The notes: generated by a model from the letters alone, not told the origin. A stretch of 64,000 nt of DNA from Escherichia coli (GCF_030384885.1 NZ_CP128613.1); one strand, 5' to 3'. Shown: positions 1 through 12,411, counted from the first letter of the stretch. A program made the numbers and translations.

Positions 1-528
1 TGCTGCTTCAACGGCGGGATATCCTTGCAGCAAGCCGCTGCCGGAGAATGCCCCTATTACCGTACCAAATACCCACGATGACCATGAACTGAAGGCAATG
101 CCGATCATCCAGTTCTCGCTCCAGCGGCGATTATTGCGTACCAGTTTTGCGGTTGCGGCGGCAAAAACCTCATCCGTCAGGCCAAACGCCCACAGGGCAG
201 TTTTCGATTTTTGCAGACGCTGAATAATACGGCTACGCAGTGACGGGCCATACAAAACATGGCGAACATCCATTGCCATGACGGTCAGTGCAGCAACCCA
301 CAAACTACTCCCGGCTGCCAGCATCGCGGTAATGACGAACTGGCTCGCGCCTGCATAAATGATGCAGGAGAAAAAAACGCTTTCGAGAGGAGAGAATCCC
401 AGACGGGTCGCATTCAGACCAAACGCAAAGGCCACCGGAATATAACTAATAACAATCGGTAAACTGTCTTTGCATCCTTCCATGAAGGTCGCCGAACCAG
501 GAGCAGGCTGTGGAGTAGGGCTTTCCAT
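1..528 (-). CDS. ygaZ: AzlC-family L-valine/branched-chain amino acid exporter subunit YgaZ, N-terminal 176 codons (3' end lies outside the window)
   Basis: Read by eye on the minus strand: ATG at 528-526, MESPTPQPAPGSATFMEGCKDSLPIVISYIPVAFAFGLNATRLGF...PAVEAA. It is open to the window edge, so it is absent from the ORF track. Matches recalled E. coli YgaZ and the expected position next to ygaY/proX. Confidence 0.85.
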   Translation of the reverse strand, partial: MESPTPQPAPGSATFMEGCKDSLPIVISYIPVAFAFGLNATRLGFSPLESVFFSCIIYAGASQFVITAMLAAGSSLWVAALTVMAMDVRHVLYGPSLRSRIIQRLQKSKTALWAFGLTDEVFAAATAKLVRNNRRWSENWMIGIAFSSWSSWVFGTVIGAFSGSGLLQGYPAVEAA

Positions 529-651
529 AGAGTGTACGCTTAACGATTGTTAATATTATAAATAGACTGAATGAATATCTTAACCTTATCAGACTGATGG
601 GCTTCTTAACACCCTTATAAGTGTAAAGCCACGAAAACGGTTGCTGATTGC

Positions 652-1836
652 TTAAATTGCGGCTTCCTGACGATGAAAACCTCGCCACCAGACCAGTAAG
701 TTAACCAGGGCAATCGTCGCGCCAGCCAGACAAACGCCAGCCCAACCGCCATGTTGCCAGGCTGAGGCTGAAATTAGCGAACCGGCGGCACCGCCAATGA
801 AGTAGCTGGTCATGTAACCTGCGGTCAGGCGATTACGCGCATCAGGGTGTATTCGATAAATTACCGTCTGGTTAGTGATATGCACGCCCTGCACGGTGAG
901 ATCCAGCACCAGGATGCCGATAATCAAGGCCAGTACGGAAGTGTGTCCAAACCAGATAGCCAGCCATGAAAGTAACAGCAGCAGCAGGCCGAAAGTTGTG
1001 GTGAGGTGTGATTTGCCCTTATCGGCAAAACCGCCCGCCGGACGAGCGCCCAACGCTCCGGCAGCTCCCGCGAGTCCAAACAGACCAATTACGCCATCGC
1101 TGTAATTAAAAGGCGGAGCGGCGAGCAAAAAGGCCATTGAGGTCCAGAGAATGCTGAAGTTGGCAAAGGTCAGGCAGCCCAGCAACGCGCGGGTGCGCAG
1201 AATTTTATCGCTGATAAACATGCTGAAAACGGAACCAAGCAACTGTGGGTAGTTGAGGTGGGTTTCTGATTTCATTTGTGGCAGACCACGCCATAATGCC
1301 AGCGCCATCAGTGCCATTAACACCGAGGCAACCCAAAAGACGGTGCGCCAGCCGCCGAGGTTTGCCAGCAACCCGGCAACGGTTCGTGCCAGCAAGATCC
1401 CCAACAGCAGCCCGCTCATAATGGTGCCGACCACTTTGCCGCGTTTGTCCGGTGAAGCCAGCGTCGCTGCCAGCGGAACCAGAATTTGTGCCACGACCGA
1501 GAATAAACCGGTTAATGCCGTACCGAGGATCATCATCGCCAGCGACTGACTGCTGGCGGTAATCAACATACCGCCCGCTGCCAGTAAGGTCATCGAGACA
1601 ATCAGGCGGCGGCGTTCAAACATATCACCGAGGGGAACAAGAAACAGCAGACCTGCGGCATAGCCCAACTGCGCGGCGGTAACAATAAAGCCCGCCGAAC
1701 TGGCGGAAAGGGAAAAGTTACGCGCGATGGTGTCGAGTAATGGCTGGGCGTAATAGTTACTGGCTACCGCCAGACCGGTGGCGATAGACATCAGCACGAT
1801 CAGTGCCGGGCTAAGCTCATGATTAGGTTTAGTCAT
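652..1836 (-). CDS. ygaY: MFS transporter YgaY (intact 394 aa)
   Basis: ORF track 394 aa, hydrophobic multi-helix protein (12-TM-like) with MFS-type loop GDMFERRRL. Lies between ygaZ and proX as in E. coli. Confidence 0.8.
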   Translation of the reverse strand: MTKPNHELSPALIVLMSIATGLAVASNYYAQPLLDTIARNFSLSASSAGFIVTAAQLGYAAGLLFLVPLGDMFERRRLIVSMTLLAAGGMLITASSQSLAMMILGTALTGLFSVVAQILVPLAATLASPDKRGKVVGTIMSGLLLGILLARTVAGLLANLGGWRTVFWVASVLMALMALALWRGLPQMKSETHLNYPQLLGSVFSMFISDKILRTRALLGCLTFANFSILWTSMAFLLAAPPFNYSDGVIGLFGLAGAAGALGARPAGGFADKGKSHLTTTFGLLLLLLSWLAIWFGHTSVLALIIGILVLDLTVQGVHITNQTVIYRIHPDARNRLTAGYMTSYFIGGAAGSLISASAWQHGGWAGVCLAGATIALVNLLVWWRGFHRQEAAI

Positions 1837-1936
1837 TATTTTTGTTCATCAGGTGATGATTAAGCTGGAAATCAATAATAGCGGATGTTGATGAATATGG
1901 GATGAAAGATAGATTGTTGAAATGTGCGGTGTGGTT

Positions 1937-2020
1937 TGCAGGCATGATAAGACGCGGCCGCGTCGCATCAGGCATTGTGTACAGAGCGGCGGATGAGGCA
2001 AAAGCGCCTTATCCGCCCGA
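1937..2020. repeat. REP/BIME extragenic palindromic elements
   Basis: tgcaggcatgataagacgcggccgcgtcgcatcaggca and ggcggatgaggcaaaagcgccttatccgcc are typical E. coli REP consensus-like imperfect palindromes in the ygaY-proX intergenic region. Confidence 0.7.
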
Positions 2021-2027
2021 ATAAAAA

Positions 2028-3020
2028 TTACTTCTGCGCTGCCAGCGCCTCATTCACCCAGCCATCGAACTGCTGCTGGTGGGCTTTGATCCAGCCATCA
2101 ACGTGGCCCTGGATATCGCCTTCTGAGGCTTTGCCGTCATGCATGATGGCGTTCTGGGCGTTAATGTCTGCCACCGGCAACTGCATAATGGCAAATAGTT
2201 TGGCTGCCGCCGGGTTTTTCTCGGCCCAGGCTTTGTTGGCAACGATATGCATGGTGCTGACCGGGAAGCCATAATTCGCACCATTCGGCAGTTTAGTGTC
2301 GGCGTTTTTATCGCCCGGCAGTGCGGAGAACGGCACCTGCAACCAGACGACATCTTTGCCCGGCTTCAGTTCGTTACTCACCCAGTACGGCGTCCAGGTG
2401 TAGTAAAACACCGGCTTACCCTCTTTGTAACGACTGATGGTGTCAGCCATCATCGCTGCGTAGTTCCCCTGATTATGCGTCACGGTATTGGTCAGTTCAT
2501 ACGCTGCAAGCTGGTGGTTGATCGCACCTTCGCAGCCCCAGCCTGGGTTACAGCCAGTCAAATCTGCTTTACCGTCGCCGTTGGTATCGAACAGTTTGGC
2601 GATCTTCGGATCTTTCAGTTGCGCGATGTTGGTGATTTTGTACTGGTCGGCGGTTTTCTTATCGATCAGGTAACCCTGTGCCGCGCCGTTAACGAATACC
2701 CCTTCACGATAAAATTTCTTATCGCCACCGGCAGCTTCGTACATGTTGTCATGCAGCGGCGTCCAGTTCACGGCGGTGAAGGTTGCATCGCCGGAAGCAA
2801 GTGAGGTGTAGCCAACGTTGTAATCCACTTCGCTGGGTTTATTGACGGTATAACCTAATTTCTCCAGCGCGCGGCTGACCAGCAGCGTCTGGAAAGTTTC
2901 TTCGGTGATGGTGCTCTGAACCGGATTAACAGTAATGCCTTTGCCCGGCAGGTCGGCAGCAAAAGTTTGTGTAGAGATAAGCGTGGCAAACGCTGTCGCA
3001 AAAAGTACGCTATGTCGCAT
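2028..3020 (-). CDS. proX: Glycine betaine/proline betaine ABC transporter periplasmic binding protein ProX
   Basis: ORF 2028..3062; the internal Met gives [31 protein letters not shown] (signal peptide), 330 aa as in E. coli ProX. Confidence 0.95.
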
Positions 3021-3077
3021 TGTTATTCCTTTTTTTGGCAGGGTGATAATGCCCGGCGTCACCGGGCAAGTGCAGAG

Positions 3078-4142
3078 TTACTTAATGAATGGGCGGGTCA
3101 GCAGACCGACAGGGCCAGTGGTGTACCAGCGACGGTTGCCGCGACTGCGTGAGTCGCGCCCAACGGCCTGCGTCAGGCGGTCGAGGATAATGGCGAGGAT
3201 CACAATCCCGACGCCGCCAACGGTGGCAAGGCCCATATCCAGACGACCGATACCGCGTAGTACCATCTGACCCAGCCCGCCGACGGCAATCATCGAGGCG
3301 ATGACCACCATAGAAAGGGCCAGCATCAGCGTCTGGTTAACGCCCGCCATTATGGTCGGCATCGCCAGCGGTAACTGAACTTTGAACAGCATTTGACGCG
3401 GGCTGGCACCGAATGAGCGCGAGGCTTCAATTAAATCCGCCGGAACCTGATTAATACCAAGAATCGTCAGACGGATAATCGGCGGCAGAGCAAAGATTAT
3501 AGTCACCACTACGCCCGGCACGTTGCCGATACCAAACAGCATGACGATTGGCACCAGATAAACAAACGCTGGCGTGGTCTGCATGGCATCAAGCAGTGGA
3601 CGAATAATTTTCGCCGCTCGCGGACTTCTCGCGAGCCAGATCCCCAACGGCAAACCTATGACGATACAGAACAGCAGGGCGGTTAACACCAGCGCCAGGG
3701 TAACCATGGCCTGCGACCAGGCACCGATTGCGCCGATGGCAATCAGCGAAACCAGCGTCGCCACGCCCATTCCGACCCCGGAAATCTGCCAGGCGATGAG
3801 AGCGAAAACGATAATCGCCACCGGCGCGGGCATACCCAGCAGCAATTGCTGGAAACCGTTGAGGATGTAATCGACCGGAACGCGCACGCCCTGAAAGACG
3901 GGACGAAAATGGGTAACGACCCAGTCGATCCCTTCAGTGACCCAACTGTCGAGCGGGATCAGCGTTTTATGGAACGGATCGAGAATATTAAAATGTTCGA
4001 CATTTGGCGCAGGCGTACTGGTCAGCCAGTCAGCGCCACCGCCGTCAGTCGGTGCAGTCGCCGGTGTACCCCAGGCGTCTGCGGATTGTGCAGCACTGTC
4101 CGCCGCTGGCGTGGTATCCCACGGATTATTTTGATCAGCCAT
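3078..4142 (-). CDS. proW: Glycine betaine/proline ABC transporter permease ProW
   Basis: 354-aa ORF, polytopic permease. Overlaps the proV stop by 8 nt (4135-4142), the classic proVWX arrangement. Confidence 0.95.
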   Translation of the reverse strand: MADQNNPWDTTPAADSAAQSADAWGTPATAPTDGGGADWLTSTPAPNVEHFNILDPFHKTLIPLDSWVTEGIDWVVTHFRPVFQGVRVPVDYILNGFQQLLLGMPAPVAIIVFALIAWQISGVGMGVATLVSLIAIGAIGAWSQAMVTLALVLTALLFCIVIGLPLGIWLARSPRAAKIIRPLLDAMQTTPAFVYLVPIVMLFGIGNVPGVVVTIIFALPPIIRLTILGINQVPADLIEASRSFGASPRQMLFKVQLPLAMPTIMAGVNQTLMLALSMVVIASMIAVGGLGQMVLRGIGRLDMGLATVGGVGIVILAIILDRLTQAVGRDSRSRGNRRWYTTGPVGLLTRPFIK

Positions 4143-5337
4143 TATTTACCCCCTCACGATCTAAAGCGCGCAGCAGCATTCCTTTCGAAATGATGCCGAC
4201 ATACTGTTGGTCCTCGTCGACCACGGGCACCGCACAGGGCGCTTGTCCGACATGAGAGAGCAACTCGCTAAGAGGCGTTTGCGCATCGACTGCTAATGGT
4301 GCATCAATCAGCGCCGCATCAAGACCTTGCTGCTGCGTTAACGCGGTTTTAAGCGAATCGATAGACACAGCGCCGACAAACTTATTACCGCGTTCGATAA
4401 CGTAGCCATATTCGCGGTCTTCATCCTGCAATAATTTCAATGCCGAACGTGGGCCGAAGCCAGGGGTTTTACGAATTAAGCCATTCGGTGTCCGACGGGC
4501 AATATCTTTCGCACTGAATACCTGACTAATATCAACGCCACGGAAGAAGGTACGGACATAATCATTCGCCGGATTATTGAGAATTTCATCCGGTGTGCCA
4601 ACCTGCACCACTTCACCATTTTGCATAATGGCAATTCGGTCGCCAATACGCATAGCTTCGTCGAGATCGTGAGAAATAAAGACAATGGTACGTTGATGTT
4701 TCGCCTGTAATTTTACCAGCTCATCCTGCATCTCAGTGCGAATTAATGGATCAAGCGCCGAGAAGGCTTCGTCCATTAATAATATATCCGGATTAATTGC
4801 TAATGCGCGTGCTAATCCGACGCGTTGACGCATCCCACCAGAGAGCTCGTCCGGGTAGCTATGGGCATAATTTTCCAGCCCGACCTGACGCAGTGCATCA
4901 AGGGCTTTTTCCCGACGTTCTTCGGCATTAATTCCGGCCAATTCCATACCGAATGCAGTATTGTCCAGCACGGTCATATGCGGCATTAAGGCAAAGGACT
5001 GGAAGACCATCGCAATCTTTTTTCTGCGCACCTCACGGAGTTCGGCGTCGGATATTTTGGCAATATCCACACCATCAATCAGCACTTGCCCGCGGGTGGG
5101 TTCAATCAGGCGATTGAGAAGGCGTACCATTGTGGATTTACCCGAACCGGATAATCCCATGATGACAAATATCTCGCCTTCTTCAATGGCCAGACTGGCG
5201 TCTTTTACGCCAAGCGATAGCCCGGTTTTTTCCAGAATTTGTTCTTTTGAAAGTCCTTGTTCGATATATTTGAACGCTCGCTGAGGATGCTCGCCAAATA
5301 TTTTATAGAGATTTTTAATTTCTAATTTAATTGCCAT
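4135..5337 (-). CDS. proV: Glycine betaine/proline ABC transporter ATPase ProV (with C-terminal CBS domains)
   Basis: 400 aa. Walker [10 protein letters not shown], signature [14 protein letters not shown], Walker [13 protein letters not shown]. Confidence 0.95.
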   Translation of the reverse strand: MAIKLEIKNLYKIFGEHPQRAFKYIEQGLSKEQILEKTGLSLGVKDASLAIEEGEIFVIMGLSGSGKSTMVRLLNRLIEPTRGQVLIDGVDIAKISDAELREVRRKKIAMVFQSFALMPHMTVLDNTAFGMELAGINAEERREKALDALRQVGLENYAHSYPDELSGGMRQRVGLARALAINPDILLMDEAFSALDPLIRTEMQDELVKLQAKHQRTIVFISHDLDEAMRIGDRIAIMQNGEVVQVGTPDEILNNPANDYVRTFFRGVDISQVFSAKDIARRTPNGLIRKTPGFGPRSALKLLQDEDREYGYVIERGNKFVGAVSIDSLKTALTQQQGLDAALIDAPLAVDAQTPLSELLSHVGQAPCAVPVVDEDQQYVGIISKGMLLRALDREGVNNG

Positions 5338-5405
5338 GCAATAGAAAGATTCCTGTTATTTGTTTATGTCGATACATTACCCAATGGAAATAGTCACTTT
5401 TTTCT

Positions 5406-5433
5406 ACCCTAACATACTGAGAATCTGAGGCAA
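5406..5433 (-). promoter_or_regulatory. proU (proVWX) sigma70 promoter P2
   Basis: Minus strand reads TTGCCT (5433-5428) - 16 nt - TAGGGT (5411-5406), about 70 nt upstream of the proV ATG. These hexamers match the published proU P2 promoter as I recall it. Confidence 0.7.
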
Positions 5434-5692
5434 CCCCTGATGGTAAATGTGGCATGAATATTGATGCGAGCAAATCGCCGGAATTTCCCGTGATATAAGG
5501 GCTGAGAGCGAATCGAGAAAAGTTGATATTTTTTGTCATAGATAGCGAAAAAACGCCTGAATATTGTGGTTTCAGGCGAATAATGCAACAGAGTATCAGT
5601 GTAGATCACCACAAAATATTTGCGTGATAAAAAGCTATTTGGCAGGAATTATTTCCCTACTGTGGTTGGTGATATTTTTGAAAATAACACAC

Positions 5693-6661
<969 letters not shown>

Positions 6662-8806
6662 TTAAAGCGCGCAGGAGACGCAGCCTTCAATTTCAGTACC
6701 TTCCAGCGCCATCTGACGCAGGCGGATGTAGTAGAGCGTTTTGATACCTTTGCGCCAGGCGTAAATCTGCGCTTTGTTGATATCGCGAGTGGTGGCGGTA
6801 TCGGGGAAAAACAGTGTCAGCGACAGCCCCTGATCGACATGGCGAGTCGCTTCGGCGTAGGTGTCGATGATCTTTGCTGCGCCGATTTCGTAAGCGTCCT
6901 GATACAGCGCCAGATTCTCGTTAGTCATAAACGGGGCAGGGTAGTAAACGCGTCCTGTTTTGCCCTCTTTGCGTATCTCTACTTTCGCCACAATCGGATG
7001 AATACTCGACGTGGCATGGTTGATATAAGAGATGGAACCGGTTGGCGGCACCGCCTGGAGATTTTGGTTGTATATGCCATAGCGCATCACGTCGTCGCGC
7101 AGCTGCGCCCACATCTCACGGGTAGGTAACGTAATACCGCTGCGGGCAAACAGTTCGCCAACTTTCGCCGTTTTCGGCTGCCAGTTCCCTTGCAGATATT
7201 GGCTGAAATATTCACCATTGGCATAGCGTGACTGTTTGAACCCGGCGAAGGTTTCACTGCGTTCGCGCGCCAGCAACATCGAGGTACGCAGTGCGTGCCA
7301 GGTGATGGTATAGAAATAGAGATTGGTGAAATCCAGTGCTTCCGGCGAACCATAGGCGATGCCTTCTCGCGCCAGATAACCGTGTAAATTCATCTGCCCC
7401 AGACCGATAGCGTGTGAGGCGGCATTTCCGGCTTCGATGGACGGCACGCTGCGAATATGACTCATATCTGACACCGCAGTTAAACCGCGCACGGCGATCT
7501 CTACCGTGCGGGCAAAGTCGGGGGAATCCATGGTGTGGGCAATATTCAACGAACCTAAATTGCAGGAAATATCATGGCCTGTGCGGGCATAGTCGAGATT
7601 CTCGTCATACTCTGAGGCGCTGTTAACCTGTAAAATTTCTGAGCAGAGATTGCTCATATTTATGCGCCCGGCGATAGGGTTAGCACGGTTAACCGTGTCT
7701 TCATACATGATGTAGGGATAGCCGGACTCAAACTGGATTTCTGCCAGTCGCTGGAAGAAATCACGGGCGTTGATGTATTTTTTGCGGATTCGCTCATCGG
7801 CAACCAGTTCGTCATAGTGTTCACTGATGGCGATATCGGCAAACGGCTTGCCATAAACACGCTCAACGTCATAGGGCGAAAACAGTGCCATCTGCGCATT
7901 CTCTTTTGCCAGATGGAAGGTGATATCCGGGATAACCACGCCCAGCGACAGCGCTTTAATGCGGATTTTCTCGTCGGCATTTTCCCGCTTTGTATCGAGA
8001 AAACGCAGAATATCGGGATGATGGGCATGTAAATAGACTGCGCCAGCACCCTGACGAGCGCCGAGCTGGTTGGCATAGGAAAATGCGTCCTCCAGCATTT
8101 TCATCACCGGAATCACGCCAGAAGATTGATTTTCAATACGTTTAATTGGCGCGCCCGCTTCCCGCAGATTCGACAGCAAAAATGCCACGCCGCCGCCGCG
8201 TTTCGACAGTTGTAGTGCGGAATTTACCGCCCGGCCAATCGACTCCATATTGTCTTCAATACGCAGCAAAAAACAGGAAACCAGTTCGCCGCGCTGCCGC
8301 TTACCGCAGTTGAGGAATGTCGGTGTTGCAGGCTGAAAGCGTCCTGACAGCATCTCATCGGTCAGTTGCGTAGCCAGTGTTTTATCGCCTTGTGCCAGCG
8401 TCAGCGCCACCATCGTGACTCGATCGGCAAAATCTTCCAGATAATGCTTACCGTCGAATGTCTTCAACGTATAGCTGGTGTAAAACTTCCATGCTCCGAG
8501 GAATGTCTGAAAACGAAAACCGCTGGCGTGTGCGTGGGCAAACAGCGTAATGACAAAATCGCGAGAGTAGCGGTTGAGGACGTTTTCATCATAGTAACCT
8601 TCGTTGACCAGCCAGTTCAGGCGCTGCTGCTGGCTACTGAAGGTCACACTGTTCGGACGCACATGTGTCGCCATAAAGGCGTCAACGGCCTGGCGATCTT
8701 TATCGAACTGAATGCGACCTGCGCTATCGTAAAGGTTAAGCATCGCATTCAGAGCGTGGTAATCCATCGTTTCCTGCGTCAGGCGTTCTGCGGTTGTCGT
8801 TGCCAA
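6662..8806 (-). CDS. nrdE: Class Ib ribonucleotide reductase alpha subunit NrdE
   Basis: 714-aa ORF; RNR large-subunit motifs (SNLCSEI, C-terminal CVSCAL). Confidence 0.95.
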
Positions 8807-9189
8807 AATTCGGTTACTCCTTTACGAACGTTTTCGATATCGCTTTGCGTACCCATGAGTTCAAAGCGGTACAGCCACGGCACGCCGCATTTCCGGGCAA
8901 TCACATCTCCGGCGCGGCCATACGCCTCACCAAAGTTGCGATTACCCGAAGCAATAACGCCGCGAAGCAACGCCCGGTTATGCTCGTCGTTTAAAAAGCG
9001 AATGACCTGTCGTGGCACCGCGCCAGCTGTACCGCCGCCGCCGTAAGAGGGCACGATCAGGATGTAAGGCTCGTCTACCTGAATCCGTTCCCGCTCATTG
9101 AGCGGGATGCGCACCGCGGGCAGCCCTAAACGTTCGATAAAACGCTGCGTATTTTCGGAGCTGCTGGAAAAGTAGACGAGCTGGCTCAT
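8779..9189 (-). CDS. nrdI: Flavodoxin-like RNR maturation protein NrdI
   Basis: 136-aa [20 protein letters not shown]. Overlaps the nrdE start (8779-8806) and the nrdH stop. Confidence 0.95.
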
Positions 9190-9431
9190 GCACTGGCCGC
9201 GTGTGGCGCTGAATGCAGACGATTGATCATGTCCGGGCGGAAACCAGACCAGCTAAGATCGCCTGCAATCACTACCGGCAACTGACGAAAGCCCTGAGCA
9301 CGTAACGCTTCCGCCGCTTCAGGAACGCGATCGACATTAATCATTTCAAAATCAAAGCCCCGGTTTTCCATCGCCCGTTTGGTGGCGTGGCACTGAACGC
9401 AATCGTTACGAGTGTAAATAGTAATGCGCAT
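9186..9431 (-). CDS. nrdH: Glutaredoxin-like protein NrdH
   Basis: 81 aa; redox motif CVQC ([18 protein letters not shown]). Confidence 0.95.
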
Positions 9432-9639
9432 GATTCGTATTTCCGTTTAAAATGAAGATACGGCGCGATGATACGCGTCGGGTTGTCTCTCTGCTGATAC
9501 AGAGATACTAGATGTAGTTGAAAAAAGATTCAACCATACAAGATATGGGAATTTTAGATTGATTACACCACCGATGAATGGCTCAACGGGGTAGGGGATT
9601 TTGTGTTTTTTTGCCGGGCGATTGCCCGGCATCAGGAAG

Positions 9640-10071
9640 TTACATCCGCATGGAAACGGCCAGGCGGTTAAAGCAATTCATCAGCCCGATGGCAAATGTT
9701 AAGTCGCTGATTTCTGCTGCGCTGAAATGCTCAAGCAAAGGCTGATAAACGTCGTCCTCCGCATGGGTTCGGGCAATATCGGTCACCGATTCCGCCCATG
9801 CCAGCGCCGCCCGCTCGCGATCGTCAAAATGATGGCTTACGCGCCAGCCTGCCAGGGCATCCAGCTTATGCTGCGGCACACCGGATTTGCGTAATGCTTT
9901 GCTGTGCATCTCCAGACAAAATGCGCAACCATTGATTTGCGAGACGCGCAAATAAACTAACTCCATCAGCGTAGTTTCCAGCGTGCTATTTTCCAGCGCC
10001 GTTTTGGCCTGCACCAGCGCGTTATATACCGTTGGGCTAAGTTCGTAGTAAGGCTGACGTAATGTAGTCAT
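9640..10071 (-). CDS. Carboxymuconolactone decarboxylase / AhpD-like family protein
   Basis: 143-aa ORF with the AhpD-type CxxC motif in NGCAFCLEMH. Divergent from a MocR-type regulator. I do not recall it at this position in K-12. Confidence 0.7.
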   Translation of the reverse strand: MTTLRQPYYELSPTVYNALVQAKTALENSTLETTLMELVYLRVSQINGCAFCLEMHSKALRKSGVPQHKLDALAGWRVSHHFDDRERAALAWAESVTDIARTHAEDDVYQPLLEHFSAAEISDLTFAIGLMNCFNRLAVSMRM

Positions 10072-10158
10072 ACAGTTTCTCCTCTTATTAACGCCCGCAA
10101 TGTAGCACTATAATGGACTGCTAAAGAGAGCCATAAATTACCTAAAAAAGCAGACCAT

Positions 10159-11493
10159 ATGCCGCGCTATCAGGATATCGCCCGTCAGTTAAAAACGGCT
10201 ATTGAGCAAGGGGAACTGAAACCCGGCGCAAGGCTACCTTCAAGTCGTACCTGGTCGCAGGAACTGGGGGTGTCTCGATCCACTGTCGAAAATGCGTATG
10301 CTGAGCTGGTGGCGCAAGGATGGCTGATCAGGCGGGGACAGGCTGGCACATTTGTCAGTGAGCAGATATATCCGCAACAATCTACTGTACAAGTTGTGGC
10401 TTTTGCCGGTGAAAGTCAGCAACCGTTGCCATTTCAAATGGGATTACCCGCACTCGATCTCTTTCCGCGAGAGCTGTGGGCGCGGGTGATGGGGCGTCGC
10501 CTTCGTACCCAGACGCGCTTTGATTTGGCGTTAGGCGATGTCTGCGGTGAGGCGGCGTTGCGTGAGGCAATAGTTGATTACTTACGCGTTTCACGTGGGA
10601 TTGATTGTCAGCCAGAGCAGGTCTTTATCACTCACGGTTATGCGGCCTCAATGGCTTTAATTCTGCACGCGCTGGCGAAACCGGGAAACGGGATGTGGAT
10701 GGAAGATCCCGGCTTTCCACTGATTCGCCCGATTGTCACTCGCCACGGTGTGGAAATTTTGCCTGTGCCGGTTGATGACAACGGACTGGATATCACAAGA
10801 GGAATACAAAATTATCCTGATGCGTGTTTTGCCCTGATAACACCAGCACACCAAAGCCCGCTGGGTGTGGCGCTCTCTTTAGCGCGCAGGCATCAGATAC
10901 TGGAATGGGCAGAGCGTAGTCAGGCATGGATTATTGAAGATGATTATGACAGTGAGTTTCGCTATCACGGTAAGCCGTTACCGGCGTTAAAAAGTCTCGA
11001 TGCACCGCAGCGGGTAATTTATGCCGGAACATTCAGCAAAGCACTATTTCCTGCATTGCGCTGTGCGTGGCTGGTGGTGCCGGTGAAGCAAATTGCACAA
11101 TTCCGCCACCAGGCGTCACTGGCTCCATGTGCGGTACCTGTTCTATGGCAGAACACACTGGCAGACTTTCTTCGCGAGGGGCATTTCTGGCGGCATCTGA
11201 AGAAAATGCGTCAGCATTATGCTCAACGTCGGCAATGGATTGAGCAAGCGTTGACGCAGCAGGGATTTCAGGTTGTGCCGCAGAAAGGTGGTATCCAGAT
11301 GGTGATCAGAATGATGGGCGATGATATTGCCCATGCGCGTAAAGCCAATGCTGCAGGCCTTGCGGTGCAGGCACTTAGCGACTGGCGTATCCGCTCAAGT
11401 GGGGAAGGTGGATTACTTCTCTCTTTTACCAATATCGTTAACGAAGGTATGGCGCGACAGGTAGCACAACAATTACGTAAAGCCTTAAGCTAA
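10159..11493 (+). CDS. MocR/PdxR-type regulator (GntR wHTH fused to a class I aminotransferase-like domain)
   Basis: 444 aa. N-terminal GntR HTH (LPSSRTWSQELGVSRSTVENAYAELVAQGWL) and an aminotransferase-fold C-terminus with the PLP-lysine context (AGTFSKALFPALR). Confidence 0.75.
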   Translation: MPRYQDIARQLKTAIEQGELKPGARLPSSRTWSQELGVSRSTVENAYAELVAQGWLIRRGQAGTFVSEQIYPQQSTVQVVAFAGESQQPLPFQMGLPALDLFPRELWARVMGRRLRTQTRFDLALGDVCGEAALREAIVDYLRVSRGIDCQPEQVFITHGYAASMALILHALAKPGNGMWMEDPGFPLIRPIVTRHGVEILPVPVDDNGLDITRGIQNYPDACFALITPAHQSPLGVALSLARRHQILEWAERSQAWIIEDDYDSEFRYHGKPLPALKSLDAPQRVIYAGTFSKALFPALRCAWLVVPVKQIAQFRHQASLAPCAVPVLWQNTLADFLREGHFWRHLKKMRQHYAQRRQWIEQALTQQGFQVVPQKGGIQMVIRMMGDDIAHARKANAAGLAVQALSDWRIRSSGEGGLLLSFTNIVNEGMARQVAQQLRKALS

Positions 11494-11518
11494 AAAACCC
11501 CGAAATCAGGCTTCGGGG
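11492..11518 (-). terminator. Rho-independent terminator downstream of ygaM
   Basis: Stem ccccgaa (11498-11504)/ttcgggg (11512-11518). On the minus strand the hairpin is followed by a T-run (complement of aaaaaa 11492-11497). Confidence 0.7.
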
Positions 11519-11549
11519 TCAAAGACGCGTATTTATTATCATTGTTGCA

Positions 11550-11879
11550 CTACGATTTGCGCATGCTTAACAGTGCGCCGATAAAAATACCTACCGCAGC
11601 TGCTGTACCCACGCTACACCAGGGTCTTTCACGAACAAAAGAATCCGCGCAGCCAACGGCATCGCGCGCGGCTTGCTGGACGCGAGTACGACCATGCATT
11701 CGCGCTCTGGTTTCTTTCAGTAGAGCCTGCGCTTTACTACGAGCGGCTTCGGCTTCCCCTTTGGCGTCGCTGCCCCAGGACTTCAATACAGACTCGAGAC
11801 TGTCAGCCAATTGATTGACATCATTCTGGATATCCTGCACGCCATCATCAACGTCGTTGCGGTTCGGTCGGTTAAACAT
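11550..11879 (-). CDS. ygaM: ElaB/YqjD/YgaM-family ribosome- and membrane-associated stress protein YgaM
   Basis: ORF 11550..11891; the internal Met gives MFNRPNRNDVDDGVQDIQNDV... 109 aa with a C-terminal TM anchor (GTAAAVGIFIGALL). Confidence 0.85.
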   Translation of the reverse strand: MFNRPNRNDVDDGVQDIQNDVNQLADSLESVLKSWGSDAKGEAEAARSKAQALLKETRARMHGRTRVQQAARDAVGCADSFVRERPWCSVGTAAAVGIFIGALLSMRKS

Positions 11880-12030
11880 ATGATCCCCCATTAGAATTCG
11901 ATGTAATTTTCAGTGTAGACCATAATTTTCTTAACTGAGGTTCATCGCGGCTTTATGGACTTTTCTGAAAGCGTTGTGAATGCGCAATCAGGTAAGGTAG
12001 GACCGCAGTTGATAATAACGAGGATCAAAT

Positions 12031-12375
12031 ATGTATTTACGACCAGACGAGGTGGCGCGCGTACTTGAAAAAGTCGGTTTTACTGTCGATGTGGTAACCC
12101 AGAAAGCTTATGGCTACCGCCGTGGGGAAAATTATGTCTATGTTAATCGCGAAGCGCGAATGGGACGTACCGCCCTGGTGATTCATCCAACATTAAAAGA
12201 ACGTAGTTCAACACTGGCTGAACCCGCTTCCGATATTAAAACGTGCGACCATTACCAGCAATTTCCGCTCTATTTAGCGGGTGAACGTCATGAGCATTAC
12301 GGTATCCCACATGGCTTTAGTTCGCGTGTTGCGCTTGAACGTTATTTGAATGGTTTATTTGGCGAAGCCAGTTAA
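12031..12375 (+). CDS. ygaC: DUF2002 protein YgaC
   Basis: 114-aa [24 protein letters not shown]; conserved position between ygaM and alaE. Confidence 0.85.
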
Positions 12376-12379
12376 AGAC

Positions 12380-12400
12380 GCGACTGGCGATGCCAGTCGC
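12380..12400. terminator. Perfect 9-bp hairpin between convergent ygaC and alaE (putative bidirectional terminator)
   Basis: gcgactggc-gat-gccagtcgc. There is no strong U-run on either side, so function is uncertain. Confidence 0.4.
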
Positions 12401-12411
12401 GAAAAGAAGGG

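Noticed and set aside
9613-9630. GC hairpin gccgggcgattgcccggc between nrdH and the AhpD-like gene
   Set aside because: The T-run precedes the hairpin on the plus strand, and an A-run follows it on the minus strand. It is therefore not a canonical intrinsic terminator for either flanking gene, and I left it unannotated.
9432-9639. Expected Fur box upstream of nrdHIEF
   Set aside because: I could not find a convincing match to GATAATGATAATCATTATC by eye, so I did not annotate one.
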